Origin: Ascidiella aspersa
Lineage: Eukaryota
Assembly: GCA_963924565.1 (NCBI GenBank)
Contig: OZ004608.1
Span: 9,238,001-9,302,000, forward strand
DNA: 64,000 nucleotides
Direction of reading: 5' to 3'
A program made the position numbers and the translations under genes. Each line of letters starts with the position of its first letter. The stretch's first letter is position 1. Positions 48,958-63,100 of this stretch are shown here, piece by piece. The notes below the pieces were generated by a model, which was not told the origin of the DNA, ran no database searches, and saw nothing but the letters and a program-made list of their open reading frames with translations.

Positions 48958-51900
48958 CTTTAAAGCCTTTTTTCTCCTCCTTTGTTGCAACTATACCGTG
49001 TATAACTGGGAAAACGTCTGCTTTTCTAGCCCCTGAGAAAACAATGTGGCAAAATGAGTCGGCTGTTGTCACGGAGGGAAAATGAAATGACCAAACGTGA
49101 GATCAAGTTACCAAAACCACCGAAAAGCGGTTCACGTTATTCGAAAGTGGCCACCACGCAAAACTGGGATTTTATCAAGCTGCTAAAATTTGGTGCTAAT
49201 TTCGCGTTTTTTTAAAGTAGATAAGCAGCAAGTCGAGATTTCATTCGAAATATATTTACCGGAAAGAGAAAAACGCGAAAAAAGCGTCGCGGAGTTTCGC
49301 ACGACGACGGCAAAGGACACTGAGACAGGGAAAGATAATAATAATAGGTGGTAGAAGACGAACGTGTAGTAGTAAACGACAAAAAGAGACTTTTGCGCTT
49401 CGACCAAGCACTTAAGCGGAACCATAAAGCGGTAAATGCACAACGAAATTTAGGCATGAGAACTACAGTATAGGAAACGCGAAAAAAAGAACGTGACAAT
49501 TAAACGTTTCGATATCTTGTAAACATATGTCTTAGGTACAGCATTTTAAAAAGCTGTTGTACTTTAAAGCAGTTATAATAGGAACTTTTCATTTACCCGG
49601 CAATTGTTTATAACCTTTTTTCGAGCATGCTGTATTTCAATAAGCTTACGAAACAAATCGGTACAGGCGTATAACAGTGGCGGGTTAGGAAAACTTGCGC
49701 ATATATAGAACACAACGAGGGTTTTGCAAGCACACAAAGCTAATCAGAAGGTGAACATGCAACACCAGAAAGAACTGTATCAAAATCGAACGCGAAAATA
49801 GGGAGAAAAAGCCGAAAAAAATCACAAACAGGCACAAAAACACGCCAACCCGAAACACGTTATTTACTGTAGGTGTAAAAAAGAACAACGAAGTACCATA
49901 CACATTTGACTAGAGACACTCCAGTTACATTTAAATTATAGACTTTCGAAGTGTAAAAAACTAAACCTTCAAAATGAATTCCTACATCCGACAAAACCAA
50001 CACTACATTTTTTCATAGTTATTAGGTTTTTACAGGAATCGCATGGTTAAGTTAGTGATAATTTGGCCTAATTACACATGACGTCATGTGGTGATGAGAA
50101 AGGCACACTTAATATTTGCCGGTGAGCATTTGGAGTTTTCGTAACAACGATCTAATGAAATCCCTTCTTGATGTGGTTAGGGAAAAGCGCTTCGCATATA
50201 GGGCAACTATAGGTGAACCGCGCAACGCACTAGTTTAACGCATCAAAAATCAGATCTGCCTTAGTTTTTACCCTTCTGTCTTGACGACATGACCAACGTT
50301 TTTAAAGGTATTTTAAGGGACCGAAGATTTAGCAGTTATACTTCAGACGAAATAGTCACGGCCTTTCTAAATACCTCAGCGTTCCCATAACCAAGCCTTA
50401 AAAAACGGTTATGAATGTGACAGGAGCAAAACGTCACGTTGCCGAAGTTCGTCGAGTCAGGAGAATCTGCCGCCCGCGAGTTTTCGAGACGCAAGTTAAA
50501 CGAGTTTGAGCAACGGGTTGAATATCGAATGAACCGCAATACTCTAAATCGAGAGGAGAAGTGCACCGGTGGGGAAGTATGTGCGTTACATGTTTTGAAG
50601 GGTCGAGAACATGGTGCGACAAAACTCTGTATGATCAAGTATCAACGGTTGCTTTGCTAGGCAACGTGCTATACAGCTTTTGAATCAACGCCCTTATAAG
50701 TTTTTTCCAGCTGTGCGAACTGGAAAACGACCGTCAAAGCTATACATCAGTTGAATAAACGCCCATAGCACAAGACAGGTTAGTTGGAGCACATGTCTAG
50801 CAAAAATTCATCGGGCCATGTTTAATTGCACTACACTCTCAGGCATATGACTGTACAGACAAATCAAATCTTGGTTCATAGACATCGGGACTTTGTGCAA
50901 GATTTTCAACTGTCGTTTTGTTCTACGTTGGGCTCAAAGTAGAAGAAAATGCGCTTTGGGGGCCGAGGACTGGCACCGGATCTGCTGTGGGCGCGGGACA
51001 AGCCAAGTCAGCGTTCCGGCTCGTCTGGGCCAAGGGGAAGTAATAGAACGACGTGGGAGCGCCGCTTTCTCCTGCTTTCAATGCGACTCTGGGCCGTTTT
51101 GTGTGGCCATTTTGAAAGGACCAGGCTCCTTTTTTACACGTGGTACTAGGCCCCTTTGTTAACTTGTAAGCCAATATAGAAGGTGGCTTCGAAAAAGCGG
51201 CCGGAACCCTTTTTTCGTTCCGTTTTCGTGCAATTTTGAGCCGATACAGCTACATTAATGGCAAAAAAAACGGAGAGGCTAAAAAGAGAGCCGGCCTAGG
51301 TGAACATGGCCGTTTGCGGCTTGAGGAATTACTAATCGGGCGCTGCTATTGCCTCGCGGTTGGTGCTGAGCATTGCCTAAGGAGATTAGTGGTTGGATTG
51401 AAATAGCTGCGTGAGTCAGGGACTTGGAATTCCAGCGTTGGCGCGCGTTTCTTGTTTAAGTGCAAGTTTATTTAAGTGTACACAAGATTGTTGATGTGGT
51501 ACAGACTATAAGCCTTTCAGATGTTGGTATTTGTGTGGGATGGTGGATAATACACAATGTGGGTTAACACTAAATGGTCCACTGATAAAATGTCATTGGT
51601 CAGTGAGTTAAAAAAACAAATGAAACGTCGAGAACTTTGGTCGGTGTAGATATTTTGTGATCTTTCTTGGGTTGTCAGGTTACATTTATAAAATCGCAAA
51701 ATAGTAGCCTATAGCTAAAAAACATTAAGGCTGGAAACATTACGATGAATGGTCACCAAAAAGTTGACCTATTTCAGAGATAGACAACCTTCTGTGACAA
51801 AGAACCATGTTTTACTTTTGCTGCTGATCACAACTAACCAAAAAAACACCGAAGACTACACTGGGCAGCAGTATTTGGATCATAAAACATTTCAAATAGA

Positions 51901-53759
51901 AACTAATAGTAAAAATCAGCCTACAGTACAAAAAAGTGTGACAAAGTATAATTAACCGTGTATCACGTTGTGAGTTACTAGAACTGGCCCGAGTCTACAC
52001 CTGCCATTTGCTTGCAAGTATTCCCTAAATTTCAAATATTGTTTTAAAAATACATAGCTTAAAATCGGGTGTTAGTTTGGCGCCGTGGTCGGCAAAGGCA
52101 TGTGCACAGCCGACAACCATTACCAGAGTCGAATTCCGAGAATGGGAAAAAACGTCGCACGTCCACGTCACAACAGCAGCGCCAAACCTTGCGAGTAATG
52201 TGCGGGGCCGGTGGAGCAACTTGACGAAAGCCCTCGGTAAAGTTAAAAAGATCCAACGACACCACAATGTAAATGTTAGGCGAACCAAATCGGACAGTCG
52301 CGGTAATATTGGCCTAACACATGGCGAAGAAGCGTCGACCTTAAACGTTTGCCATCAACACAAAACACGACATTGGAATATTGAGCTTTTCCGGGTAATA
52401 AAATTGCTGTTTTGAGGACGCTTTGTGCTGTAATCGTGGTGTAAATTGCATTTCTCAAACTGCTGCACAAAAAAAACGTTACGGTTGCTTTTCTCGATGT
52501 AAAAAAGCGCGCTTTTAACTCATAACGGTGGCGTTTCTGATGGAACTCAATTGCAACAAAATCTGTAGTTAACGGCATTAGCATCTTGCAAAAGGATACT
52601 TTTGAAGATAGGCAAAATGGTGTTTCTCCTTGAGGTCGGCGCGGATTCGTCATAGGGTGGCGGTTTTGTCGGATAGGAAAAAAGTTATCTGCCATGTGTT
52701 GAAGGTTTAACTTTTTCTTATACTTGAGCACAATATATCAAAATGTTGTCTTTTCGTGTAACTGACTCGTATTTTCGCCGCATTACACAGAAAATCATAC
52801 AGTTTGTTAACTTGCGTAAATTGATAAGCCTGGTATTATTAGCGCACTATGTTCAATCATACTTGTACAGGTCATATAGCACCAATGTCGGGTAAAAGGT
52901 TGCGCAAAAGTATAAATAGCCTAAATTGCTTCCCTTAAATATAAATCATAATAGAGCATAACAGAGATAAGGGGTGCGGGTGTAGATTGACGCAAAAGGA
53001 GATTATGGCACTTGGGTAACAAACACAAACTAATTGCGCAAATAAATCGCGTTTCTCATAAAGCACAACTCTTTAGTGACGTAAAGAATACGTGTTTTCA
53101 CATCGAAATCGCGCACCGTTTGTTGTATTGCGTTTGTATAGTGGGCGAAAAAAGGCCACGGCGACCTATTCGGTTATTACGTAAGAATGAGCGTTTAAAG
53201 CCTTGTCCGCTGCATTTTGGAGAAACGCAACGGAAGGGTTGGTAAAAAGCGATTTTGGCCGGCAGATGAACCAAGCCGAAAACTGGCCTGGCAATTTTTA
53301 GTTGATTTCGGGTGGCAATACGCAATTTCCGCCTGTGCTTTTTCAATTTTCATGTCCCTTGTGGCGTCAGGTGATGGGACAAAACGCACAGCAAGACATC
53401 TGCGATCAATACGTCTACCACATGCTTTGTTAGGCAGAGGTTCTTGAATCGATTTTCGAATACGTTAAAATAAATAATTCGATCTTATTCTTTACCGTTG
53501 AAGTTTCGCAATAGTACATGGTTTCACATTTGTGTAACATTGCAATGACACAAATGACAAATGTGACTTTCGATGGGATATTCTTTTGTAACCTAGTTTT
53601 TTAATCATTTTCGTGCTCTTTTGGGGGCTACGCGACTGGTTTACGTTCGTGGCCACAAACGGGTGAAACAGAGAGAAAGTAGCCACGTGCGAATTTTGAA
53701 GGATACACTGCAACTGAGCCGAACAATTTCGACCTTTGAAAAACCCGAATAAAACGAAC

Positions 53760-53815
53760 ACACAAGCGACGCGCGCATGCATGCACGCACACACACAAAC
53801 ACACACGCACGCACG
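53760..53815. repeat. (CA)n/(CGCA)n microsatellite-like tract
   Basis: gcatgcatgcacgcacacacacaaacacacacgcacgcac. Confidence 0.7.
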
Positions 53816-54058
53816 ACCGCAGGTGAGTCGCTTCTTCATAAACGCTGTACAGAAAGAAAAATGAAAAAGTTTGCTACTAAATTAAACTATGTAGAAGCCC
53901 GGCGCCAAACCGCAACTCGCCGCCCTTAGTTCAGCGCCGAAATCCTTCAAACGACTTCATTTTTTCGGCAACGTATACGTCATCGGTGTTGTCTGGCGCC
54001 GGTGCTAGAGGGGGGTGGGAACCCCCCGCACTGGGTAACGTCCCTGGCTCCCTGGGGC

Positions 54059-54144
54059 CTAATTTCTGGGTCCTGCTTTGTTTTTGATGTTGCGCGATAA
54101 GGTTTCCTCTTCGAGCAAGGATCCCTCGAAGATTTCAAGTTTCT
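54059..54144 (-). CDS. KIF2: KIF2-like terminal exon
   Basis: ttcttcaacag|(E)KLEIFEGSLLEEETLSRNIKNKAGPRN TAG; 86 nt. Confidence 0.83.
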
Positions 54145-57100
54145 CTGTTGAAGAATTCGGATCGATCGTTAATAACAAGAAAGGAAACTTGATTTGTTCA
54201 TTTGGTTTAGTCTTCAATTCATACAAATAACGAAATCGGTATAATATATAAGGCGTCGGAATGGCGTTCTATCAGATTTTAGTTGGCCATTATGAAGTGT
54301 TTGTGTTGCCTGGCAGTTATGACGTCATATCACGTCTTCATCGTGACGTCACACTAATCAAGTGCTGTAGTAAATAGCTCATATTTCGCTAGGTCGCATA
54401 TACGGGCGTTCGCATAATGTCGCATATACGGGCATGGCAAAAATGTGTCGCACTGTTCATTTGGTTATACTCTTCAATTATTATAAAATACGAAATCGGT
54501 ATTCTTTAAATCGTATTACGCTCATTAAAGGGGCACTGGGTCTAATTAAGAACTAAACTTATGGTTTAAGGCGAGAAGCGCTTAAGTTACCTTTGATTCA
54601 GTTGAATAACAGCAATCATACCATTTTTATCCTTTACTTGGTTAAATGTAAAACGCAATTCATCAACTTATGAATAAAATATTGTCCAATGCGAAGTTTT
54701 GAAATTGATGAAAGTGCTTTTTGATAAGCTCAACACAGTGACTTTATTTTTTTCCAATTTTGAGAATTTGATTTTAATTTTATATTGCGACTTGATGTTA
54801 CACAACAATTTCGAGCTCATTACTGGATGGGAACAATTTTCGGCAGGGCAGGGTACTTAGCTTTGCCTCATTCGAAATGACATTGCAAATAGAACGATAC
54901 CCGTTGTACGACATTCTATATTAAAAAACGACCCATTATTCATCAAAGCGAGCCTAATCCGAAATTCAAATGCAGTGACTGAAAATTGATGAGAAAAGCG
55001 CAAACTAAAACTTTCGAACCGATTCACAATTTGTAATCACGTACCGAATTAACAGAAAGCAACCTTTGTAATTTGGGCATCTTACAACGAAAATTAGCGA
55101 TTTGAGTAGAACTGAAATAGACAACGAAATAGACAACCTTAATTTCCCTTTAATATGGTACCCAATCGCCCTTTCTGTCCCTGATCAGTTTGTATCGAAG
55201 GCTACAGTTTTAGGGGTTAAGGCACCCTACACATAAAAGATAAATCGGTGATTTGCAGACAATATAGTAAGTTTACAATCGCCCTTAACACACGACAAAC
55301 TACCTGTGAATGTTTTAATAACTGTGTCAAATTAATTTTGTAATGGATAGTGCGTATTTAAATCTGAAAAGCTTGCTAGTATGTCTATTGGTAATCCAAA
55401 CAACTATTTTTTTCAAAACGTTTCACGGGACACTTAACAATCTCTCGCGGTATACAGTTTGAGAATCACCGAGATAAATAGTTGTGGCCATCCTTATTAG
55501 CATTTTTGCTCCGTGTTTAAGCCCAAAAAACAGAGCAAAAAATTAAATACAAAATAGGGTACATTACAGTATATCTCGGCAAGCTTAAGAAGCGTCAGAA
55601 ACTGTTTGTAATCCAATGGCGTACACTGACGACCTGTCCCGAGGTAACCCCCATTTAGAAGGATATCTCAAAAACAAACGCTTTTAGTCGGGAGCGACCG
55701 AGAGGTGAAGCCTAGATGCGACGGTGGGCGGCTGTAGTTTGCGGGCGGGCGTGAATGACATTTCCCCTTCAGCAAATCGGGCTGTGGCGGGGGAGGGCGC
55801 GGAAACGAGGGGCGGTGGCGGTTCGCGGTGATGTCGAGTGTCGGGCCGTTGCTGTCGTCGCTCGCAGCTGGCCTGGCCTAGCCGGGGACTTACGTGATGT
55901 TGTTGTTGTGTTTGGTTCGCGTAGGTTTACCCGGATGAGTCAAAAAGAGAGATTTATGATTTTCTGTTGTTCGTCTTTTCCAGTTTTTACAAATTTCTTG
56001 CACTTGGCAGTTTTAACAATATTTTTAATTGGGCCAATTTTACGGATCACCTTTTTCACCAGGGGTAACCAAACTGCGGCCCACGTGGCTAATTCTGTCA
56101 GACGGTGGCATTCTGGCCAATCAAGCTAAAATGCCGTTGAACTAGTGTAGGATGCAATTTTAAACCAAATTTGTAGGCCAGGCCTACCCGGGGACTTACG
56201 TGGTGTGTTATTGTTGTTGTGTTTGGTTCGCGTATGGTTAACGCGGACGCGCCGAAGAGCGCAATACTGAGATTTATTATTTTCTGTTGTTTGTCTTGCC
56301 AGTTTTAACAACAATTTCTTCCTTGCCAACTGTACCGATAACCAGCCGGGGTCAAAAACTACGGCCCGGGTGGTTAATTCTACCGGTCCGCGGCATATTA
56401 GTCCAATCAAGCTAAAATGACGTTGAACTGCTGTAAGAAGCAGTTTTATTTAAATTTTATCCTGAACGACGCGCTACAATGTTTGTTTTACCAGCCTTAC
56501 AGTTATCTATAAATAAACTGCAAACCTACAAAAAATTGTTAAGATTTTATTTTTGTCTGTTCTGCCGCCCGCCTTCAGAGGTGTCGAGCTCCTATTTTAC
56601 ACATTTTTTCTTTTATTTATCTATTTTCAAGACTGAATCAAAAGCGCCTGTTATTCGCCTAACATTTCCACCCCTTCTTTTATCCGTTGTACAAGCATGG
56701 CACAAAACAAAAATACATAGGAGAACCGAGCAACCGCTTTCGGAAATATAAAAGAATTGGAAATTAAAACCTGCGCATTTTTAGGTGTCTATATAAACTG
56801 GCGGTTTGTCGAAACAAAGACCGACCCTAGCTCGGAGTGTATTAGGTCGCAATATTTACGAACGCGCCCGCTTTGTAAGTATGTGTGTATACTTTGTGCA
56901 TACGCAACAAGCCCCCGTAAGCGCGAGCTTAGAAAGTACATATTATGTGTCTAGGAAGCCTTAATGGGGCTTGTGAAATTTATTCCAAGAGGCTTTACTA
57001 AATAGTGCTTCCCCTGGTTCCCCAATCGGTCAACTGCTGTTGAATAAACTTCGAAATAAATGGTACTTATCCTGGTCAATTTTACAAGGGTTTATTTCAA

Positions 57101-60100
57101 CATGCAAGCCTGTAGAGCAAATTTAATGAAACGGCGTAATTTTTAAGAAACGTGTAAATACTTGGTTTTGGTTAAATCACTTGGTTAGGGGGATAAAGGT
57201 GTAAGTCATTTTTCGCTCAACTCGACCAAATATAACTCGGTGGTATATGGCATTAATAAAAGGATTTTATTTCAAACTGTGGGATTTAGAAACAGCCAAT
57301 GGTTTCGTTACCTACGAGAAGGACTGATAGATATAAGGGCTTAAGAAAACTGGTAAAATTTTGTATTATAAAAATATTACTGTCGCTGTACAATCATTCG
57401 TACGATGGCCGAAATAAAAGTATCAAAACAAATTTCGGCAGCCAAACTTGAATGAAAAACTCAATAGCCAGGAAAATGAACACTAAAACACGAGCTAAAC
57501 ATCGGCACGCGGCCGTAATCTATAACCCCGGATATGTAGCTTTGATATGATTAGCAGCCCGTCGTTATCTTTTAACCGGCGCGACATCAAAAGCATCGCG
57601 GCCAGCACGAACACGTATATACATGAGTCAGTTGATACAAGATAACACGAACCTTAGGCGGCGACAGGCTTTAAACACGCGGTGTAGATTGCTCGAGGAT
57701 CAAACGCACAACGCTAAAAAAGGACCTTACCTTGCAGATCGGTCCTCAGTTTCCTGTAGTCGTCGTCGAAGCGCGTCAGCTGCTCTTTCACTTTGGCCAC
57801 GTAAGCCTCCGGATCGAAATCGACGTCTTCCGTCATGTTGAAGAGGCTGCTCGAAGCCGCCACCGCGTTCGTTAGCTGCACGTTTTATTCAAATTTAAGC
57901 CACTGTTGGTTATATACGTGGTACACTATAGATCAGTGGCCGGCAAACGTTATTTGTCGTGGCCCAAAATACTCTGTCAAGAGCTTTTATAGGGCAACTA
58001 TACTTAAAATTTGGAACCACTACGATAGCTAAGGCGATTTCAAGATTTATTTTGCTATTGGGGCCATGAAAATTGTTAGAATGACGTCAGAAAGTTACGT
58101 CATAAAACATATAATCTAAAAAACAAAATGCGAACTCGGCCAAAAAAGGAACGGCTATCACGCGGCCCACAATCGTACGATAAAACTAAAATAAAAAAAA
58201 AAAAATAGCTCGTGGCCTATAGCAAAACTGGCTAAATGGCCCAAAGTTTGCCGACCACTGCTATACATAGTCCGGTCAATGCCGACATTTTTGTCCAGCA
58301 TGCCTTCGTTTTGGTGTAAAATATCTACCATAGCAAGGCAAGGGTAAATTGAGTATGGAAAATTTGGAGGTGCAAATGACAAAGCGCAAGTGTTTAGGTA
58401 AATACATTATAGCGCAGTGGTTCTCAACCTTTTCAGGTTTGCGGCACCCCCACTAGAAAGCAATTCACTGTATTGTCACAATAAACGGAACTGGAACAGC
58501 ACACACGAACTTTACACAATGTAGGAAAATATAGTTTGATTTATTGTACTTTAATCGTACACAGAAATATGCAAAAAGGCTCACCAAATAAGAAAAAAAT
58601 CACATTCTTAAAGATCCCCAAATATTCTCGGCACCCTTTAGCACCAGAAATGCCACCCGGTCGGGAACCACTGAATTAGCGGGCCAAGGCAACCATATTA
58701 AAAAAAATCTGAAAAAAACGCGAAAACCGATAGAACGCTATTAACAAGGCGTCCGCAAAACATATTTTTTAAACGAAGATCGATTGCTATTCAGCTTCAA
58801 AATAGAACGGTCTCATTGCCAATTGTTCGCTGCCCTAATTGCGCGCCGCACGTTGGCGAAAAAACAAGCGATCCTTTTGAGAAAAGGTTTCTCGTAAACA
58901 ACGTAGAGTGGCGCGGGTTGGGAACTGCACGATCGTGGATTAACTTTTGGGTGAAAGTAGATTGCGTGGGCGACAAAACGGCGTTTAAGAATTTTAAAGA
59001 GAAATTGGAAGGGCCAAGAGCTGGCGTTTAATACAACGCTTTTGCTTTTGTAAATATCCTGGCACACTTGGATCGTTTATACATCAACTTAAAAGTGTAC
59101 CAGTTTTTTCTTACCTAAACCAGTTTGTGTCGCCGTTTTTTTATACGAACAGCTTATAAAGCATAGGTAGGCTTTTGCAATCGGTACAGCGGCTGTTAAA
59201 CATTTACTTTGCAATATATCCTGTTACCATCTTCAAAACGTTAGCGTGTTCTTTCTTTACCCCAAACCAGATCACGGCATCTTTTTGTCCAACCCATGTG
59301 AGCCAAAATCGCTCACACGCAAAGGTTAACCTTTCGAAGGGACGCCTAACCTTTTAAACTTGCTAATTGCCGACCGACCAAAGTGCAATACGCAATTTTC
59401 GATCTTTGTTCGCAGGATAGGGAATAACTGATGACGTGAAGGCGGCGAACGGGGTACCGGATGCTATGTAACGCACGTACCGACTTTTTAAAAATTGATT
59501 TACTACGATATGAACCAGGCCTCTCAACTGTGGGTCCAAGGACCCCTTGGCTCCATGACAACCTACCAAAGGGGTCACGGGGTTTTCTTAACTAATACTT
59601 AAGAACCCGTATAAATAGAAGCAGATTTACAGTGTTATAAACTAAGGAAGGTAGAATTTGTGCATTAAAAGTTCAGTGTTATTCAAGTTTGTATGTTTGT
59701 TGCTATTTGCTGGGGGTCCAAAGAGTAATCTCAATATGCATGGCCAAATCGAGTAAAAATCACTGATATAGACAAAAACATATCGCTTCTCGGTTCGGGT
59801 ACTTACCCCTTGCAGGTAGTTGCGGTGGCACTCAACCGTTTCCTCCTCAACCTCCTGTAGGCTCGTCACGGTCTGGTGCACCTCGTACATCTCGCGCGAC
59901 ATCTCGTTCTCCTGCGTGGGTTTAAAGAGAAAGTGAAGGTTACTGTCGGGCACATAACGTTGAGTTTCGGATAGAAATGGTTCCGATGAAGGAAAAAGGG
60001 TGTCAGCTTTAATCGACATAATTACGACTTTTAAACAGAATGCCCAAAAGTATGTACAACCATTTTGATACTGAGCAATAAATTATAGCGATAGTGGGCC

Positions 60101-63100
60101 CAAGTATCTCCTTGCCTCATAATTATATTAGAATTAGAACTGAGGAGAATATTAACGTGGATGGGAAAGGGAGATCGATTGGTGACGACTGACGAGAAAA
60201 GCTATATCCCGAAAACAAGAAGCAAAGGGTTATATAGAGACCAAAACCGAAAGGATTGGATATCACGACAAAATACAAACGAGTCGTTTGCCATAGAAAT
60301 TGTGTTTTTTTCGGGGGAAACTGTGGCAAACCAGTTAGAACTTTTTGAGGGCGAAAATACTTGATTGTATAATTCCGATCAGGCCAAGACATACGTTTTG
60401 GACAATCACACGCGGCTGTGAAAACAAAAGTGGAAGCGGCAATCAAAACAAGAGCGATTTTCCGAATTTAAAATACGACGTCGAAAACTCGCGACAAGGG
60501 TCAATGCCCAGATGGTTTTTCGTGGAGGGTGAAAGTTAGGGGTCGATTTGAGGTGTTGTGATGTGTCACCGTTTACTTTCAATCAAACAACTTAATTTCA
60601 GGTAAAATATGCGCGGATATGTAAGGCAGTCTGAAAATGAATGTTAAAGCCAAATAGGTTGAGTATATCGACATCATTTTAAAAGAAAAACGGACATTGA
60701 CAAGAATTGTGTTACACCCTGTGAGGTTTGAACAGATTTGACTTAAAATAAATGATAATGATACAAGTGTGTATTTTTTTAAGATGATGTCACGATACCA
60801 ATCCAAAATGTGCCACAATGACGGAAAATTTTCTCACTTTTTGTGAACCACAGGGATTGTGGTGGCACAACACAAAAAACTTAACTGTTTTAACTTCTGA
60901 AACTATAATTTATATGTAAAGTAGTTAACCAAACATATCAGCGCGACTCACGATTTTGGTCACAACTGAGTTCGTAAATCCGATAGCAATTAAAACACTA
61001 TTTCAAAGATAACACAGACTTTTTATGAAAGCTGCGTTTTGGCAGGGTTAAAAACAATTAGGTTGCTATAAAAATTAAAGAAAGAGATCAGAATTTTCTT
61101 GTTTCACGTGTCGCAAACTGAACGTTCATCACCATGGTTTATATCTTCGAACAAGCCACTCAAAGCTTGAACAACGCTGGTATAACGTCAAATATACAGA
61201 GCACAACATACAGGTCTCGCGAGCTTTTCATTCACAAACCAGTAGACGCCGTTCGCCCTTTTCTTTCGGTCGCAAAAATATAAATAAGCGAGCGATCCTT
61301 GGGGAAAACCGACGGTCCATGCGGTTTGTTTCACCGATGGTGCCCTCCAAAGGCCTCTGCCTCTTAATGTGGCCTACGTGAGCTCTGCTGGTACACTATT
61401 GGTCGGAGGCGTCCTTAGGGAAATCGCGCGCCCAATTTGAGCTTTCGGTGGCTTGACGAAGTCCGTTGTACGTGGTGGCCAATTGAAAACGTGGCAGGTT
61501 TCTTTTTTACCATTTTTCGCCGCTCTGGGGTTAGTAGGCTTTTTTCGGCCAGTTTCGTGAAATTATCTCACTTTTACTGTAGCTGATTTAAAAGCGGATA
61601 GCTCCCTTTTGGATTTTCTTTTCTAGGTTGTAGGAACACATGAAAATTGCAGATTATCTTTAGCGAGATTTAGCTGAGGCGACAAAAGTATTCTTGCATA
61701 AGGGTTGTCTTCTAAGCGGCTATGTATGCTTTCCAGGTATATATAAATATAGACTGGGCGCTATATTCGTTTACCGATCTGCGTTTTCCCAGAGCGCTGA
61801 TGCGGTTAAGCAATGACTGACAGAAAACAAAAATAGGCGACGTTTTGGCCGCTTTGAAGTTTCAAAGGGAGAATAATGCCAAGACAAGTATCGGCCATTT
61901 CAAAAAAGTTCATCAGTGTTTCTCAAGCCTTCTTCGCGGCGACTCAGGCGTCAGTATAACAGCAAAGCGTTGGCGAACTAATTCTCTTTACTAAACTTTA
62001 GGCGAAAAAAAAATACTTTCAGCGAACAAAACATAAAACATTAACATTAATAAGTTATAATTTAATTATTATCAGACATGCCCTGGTATTGCTTTCATAA
62101 TGTTTTCAATTTTTGGAGAAATCATGCTTAAAAATTTTGGAGCATAATGGTTGGAGGTAGTAAGACGTAATAAGAATATCAAAGCCCATACAGAAGCAGG
62201 TAGCATTTTGGACGTTTCGAATAAACTCTTTATTATACATCAGATGTTGAAAATGAATAAAGCTGATGTTGCGCTTGCTCGACAGAAGTTGCGTAACTGC
62301 CAAGTCACGATCTCACAACGACAAATTTCGATTTGCCTTGAATCAAATTAAGCTATCCTTAGCGGTTACAGGATAAAAAAAAAACGCATTATATTTAGTT
62401 TTACAAAAGTAACACTGCTAACATTGTCAATGTAATATATCTCTGGCCCCCTTTTTAGATAAGACATATTCCTGGTTTGGTAGTTCTACCGTCATATTGC
62501 TGACGAGTTGCTATTATACACTTAAGACATTTACTGATTTTTGACTTGACTTGAGTGCACGTAAGTCACTTTTTACAAATGACTTGACTTGACATAAGTC
62601 CTATAGGCAAAATGAATTGACTTACGGAACTGGTGACTTGGATTTGTGTTTACAATCCTGCACAATACCAGTCTTTGTCACAAAAACGGCCAACAAGAAG
62701 ACTATTTTTGGTGACAAAAAAGTTTAATTTAAATCGAGTAACAACAAACGCCAAATGTCATCGGCATGTAAATTGTACATACTTTGGGATGCGTATTGGA
62801 TAACGCGTGGCATCAAGGTCGATCCGATAAGTATACAAACAACGCTTTTTATCAATCTGATAAATATACGAACAACGCTGTTCTGAACTTGTCAAACACG
62901 AGTGTTTGCCAATAAATTCCTCTACAGACCTTTATCGGAGGTATCAGGCATATACCGTTTATTGTAATCTGATGAGATCACTAATTAAAAGTTAAAACAT
63001 CGAACAGCCTAGCGTTAGCAGTCAGCTTTTCGACGATCTTAAACAAACGCGAAGCTACAAATAAAGTGTTACTCACGCAAAGCGAGCTGATGAGTGCTAG

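Noticed and set aside
50439-50660. 73-aa + strand ORF (..EFEQRVEYRMNR..)
   Set aside because: Starts at TTG, with no clear splice sites or recognisable homology.
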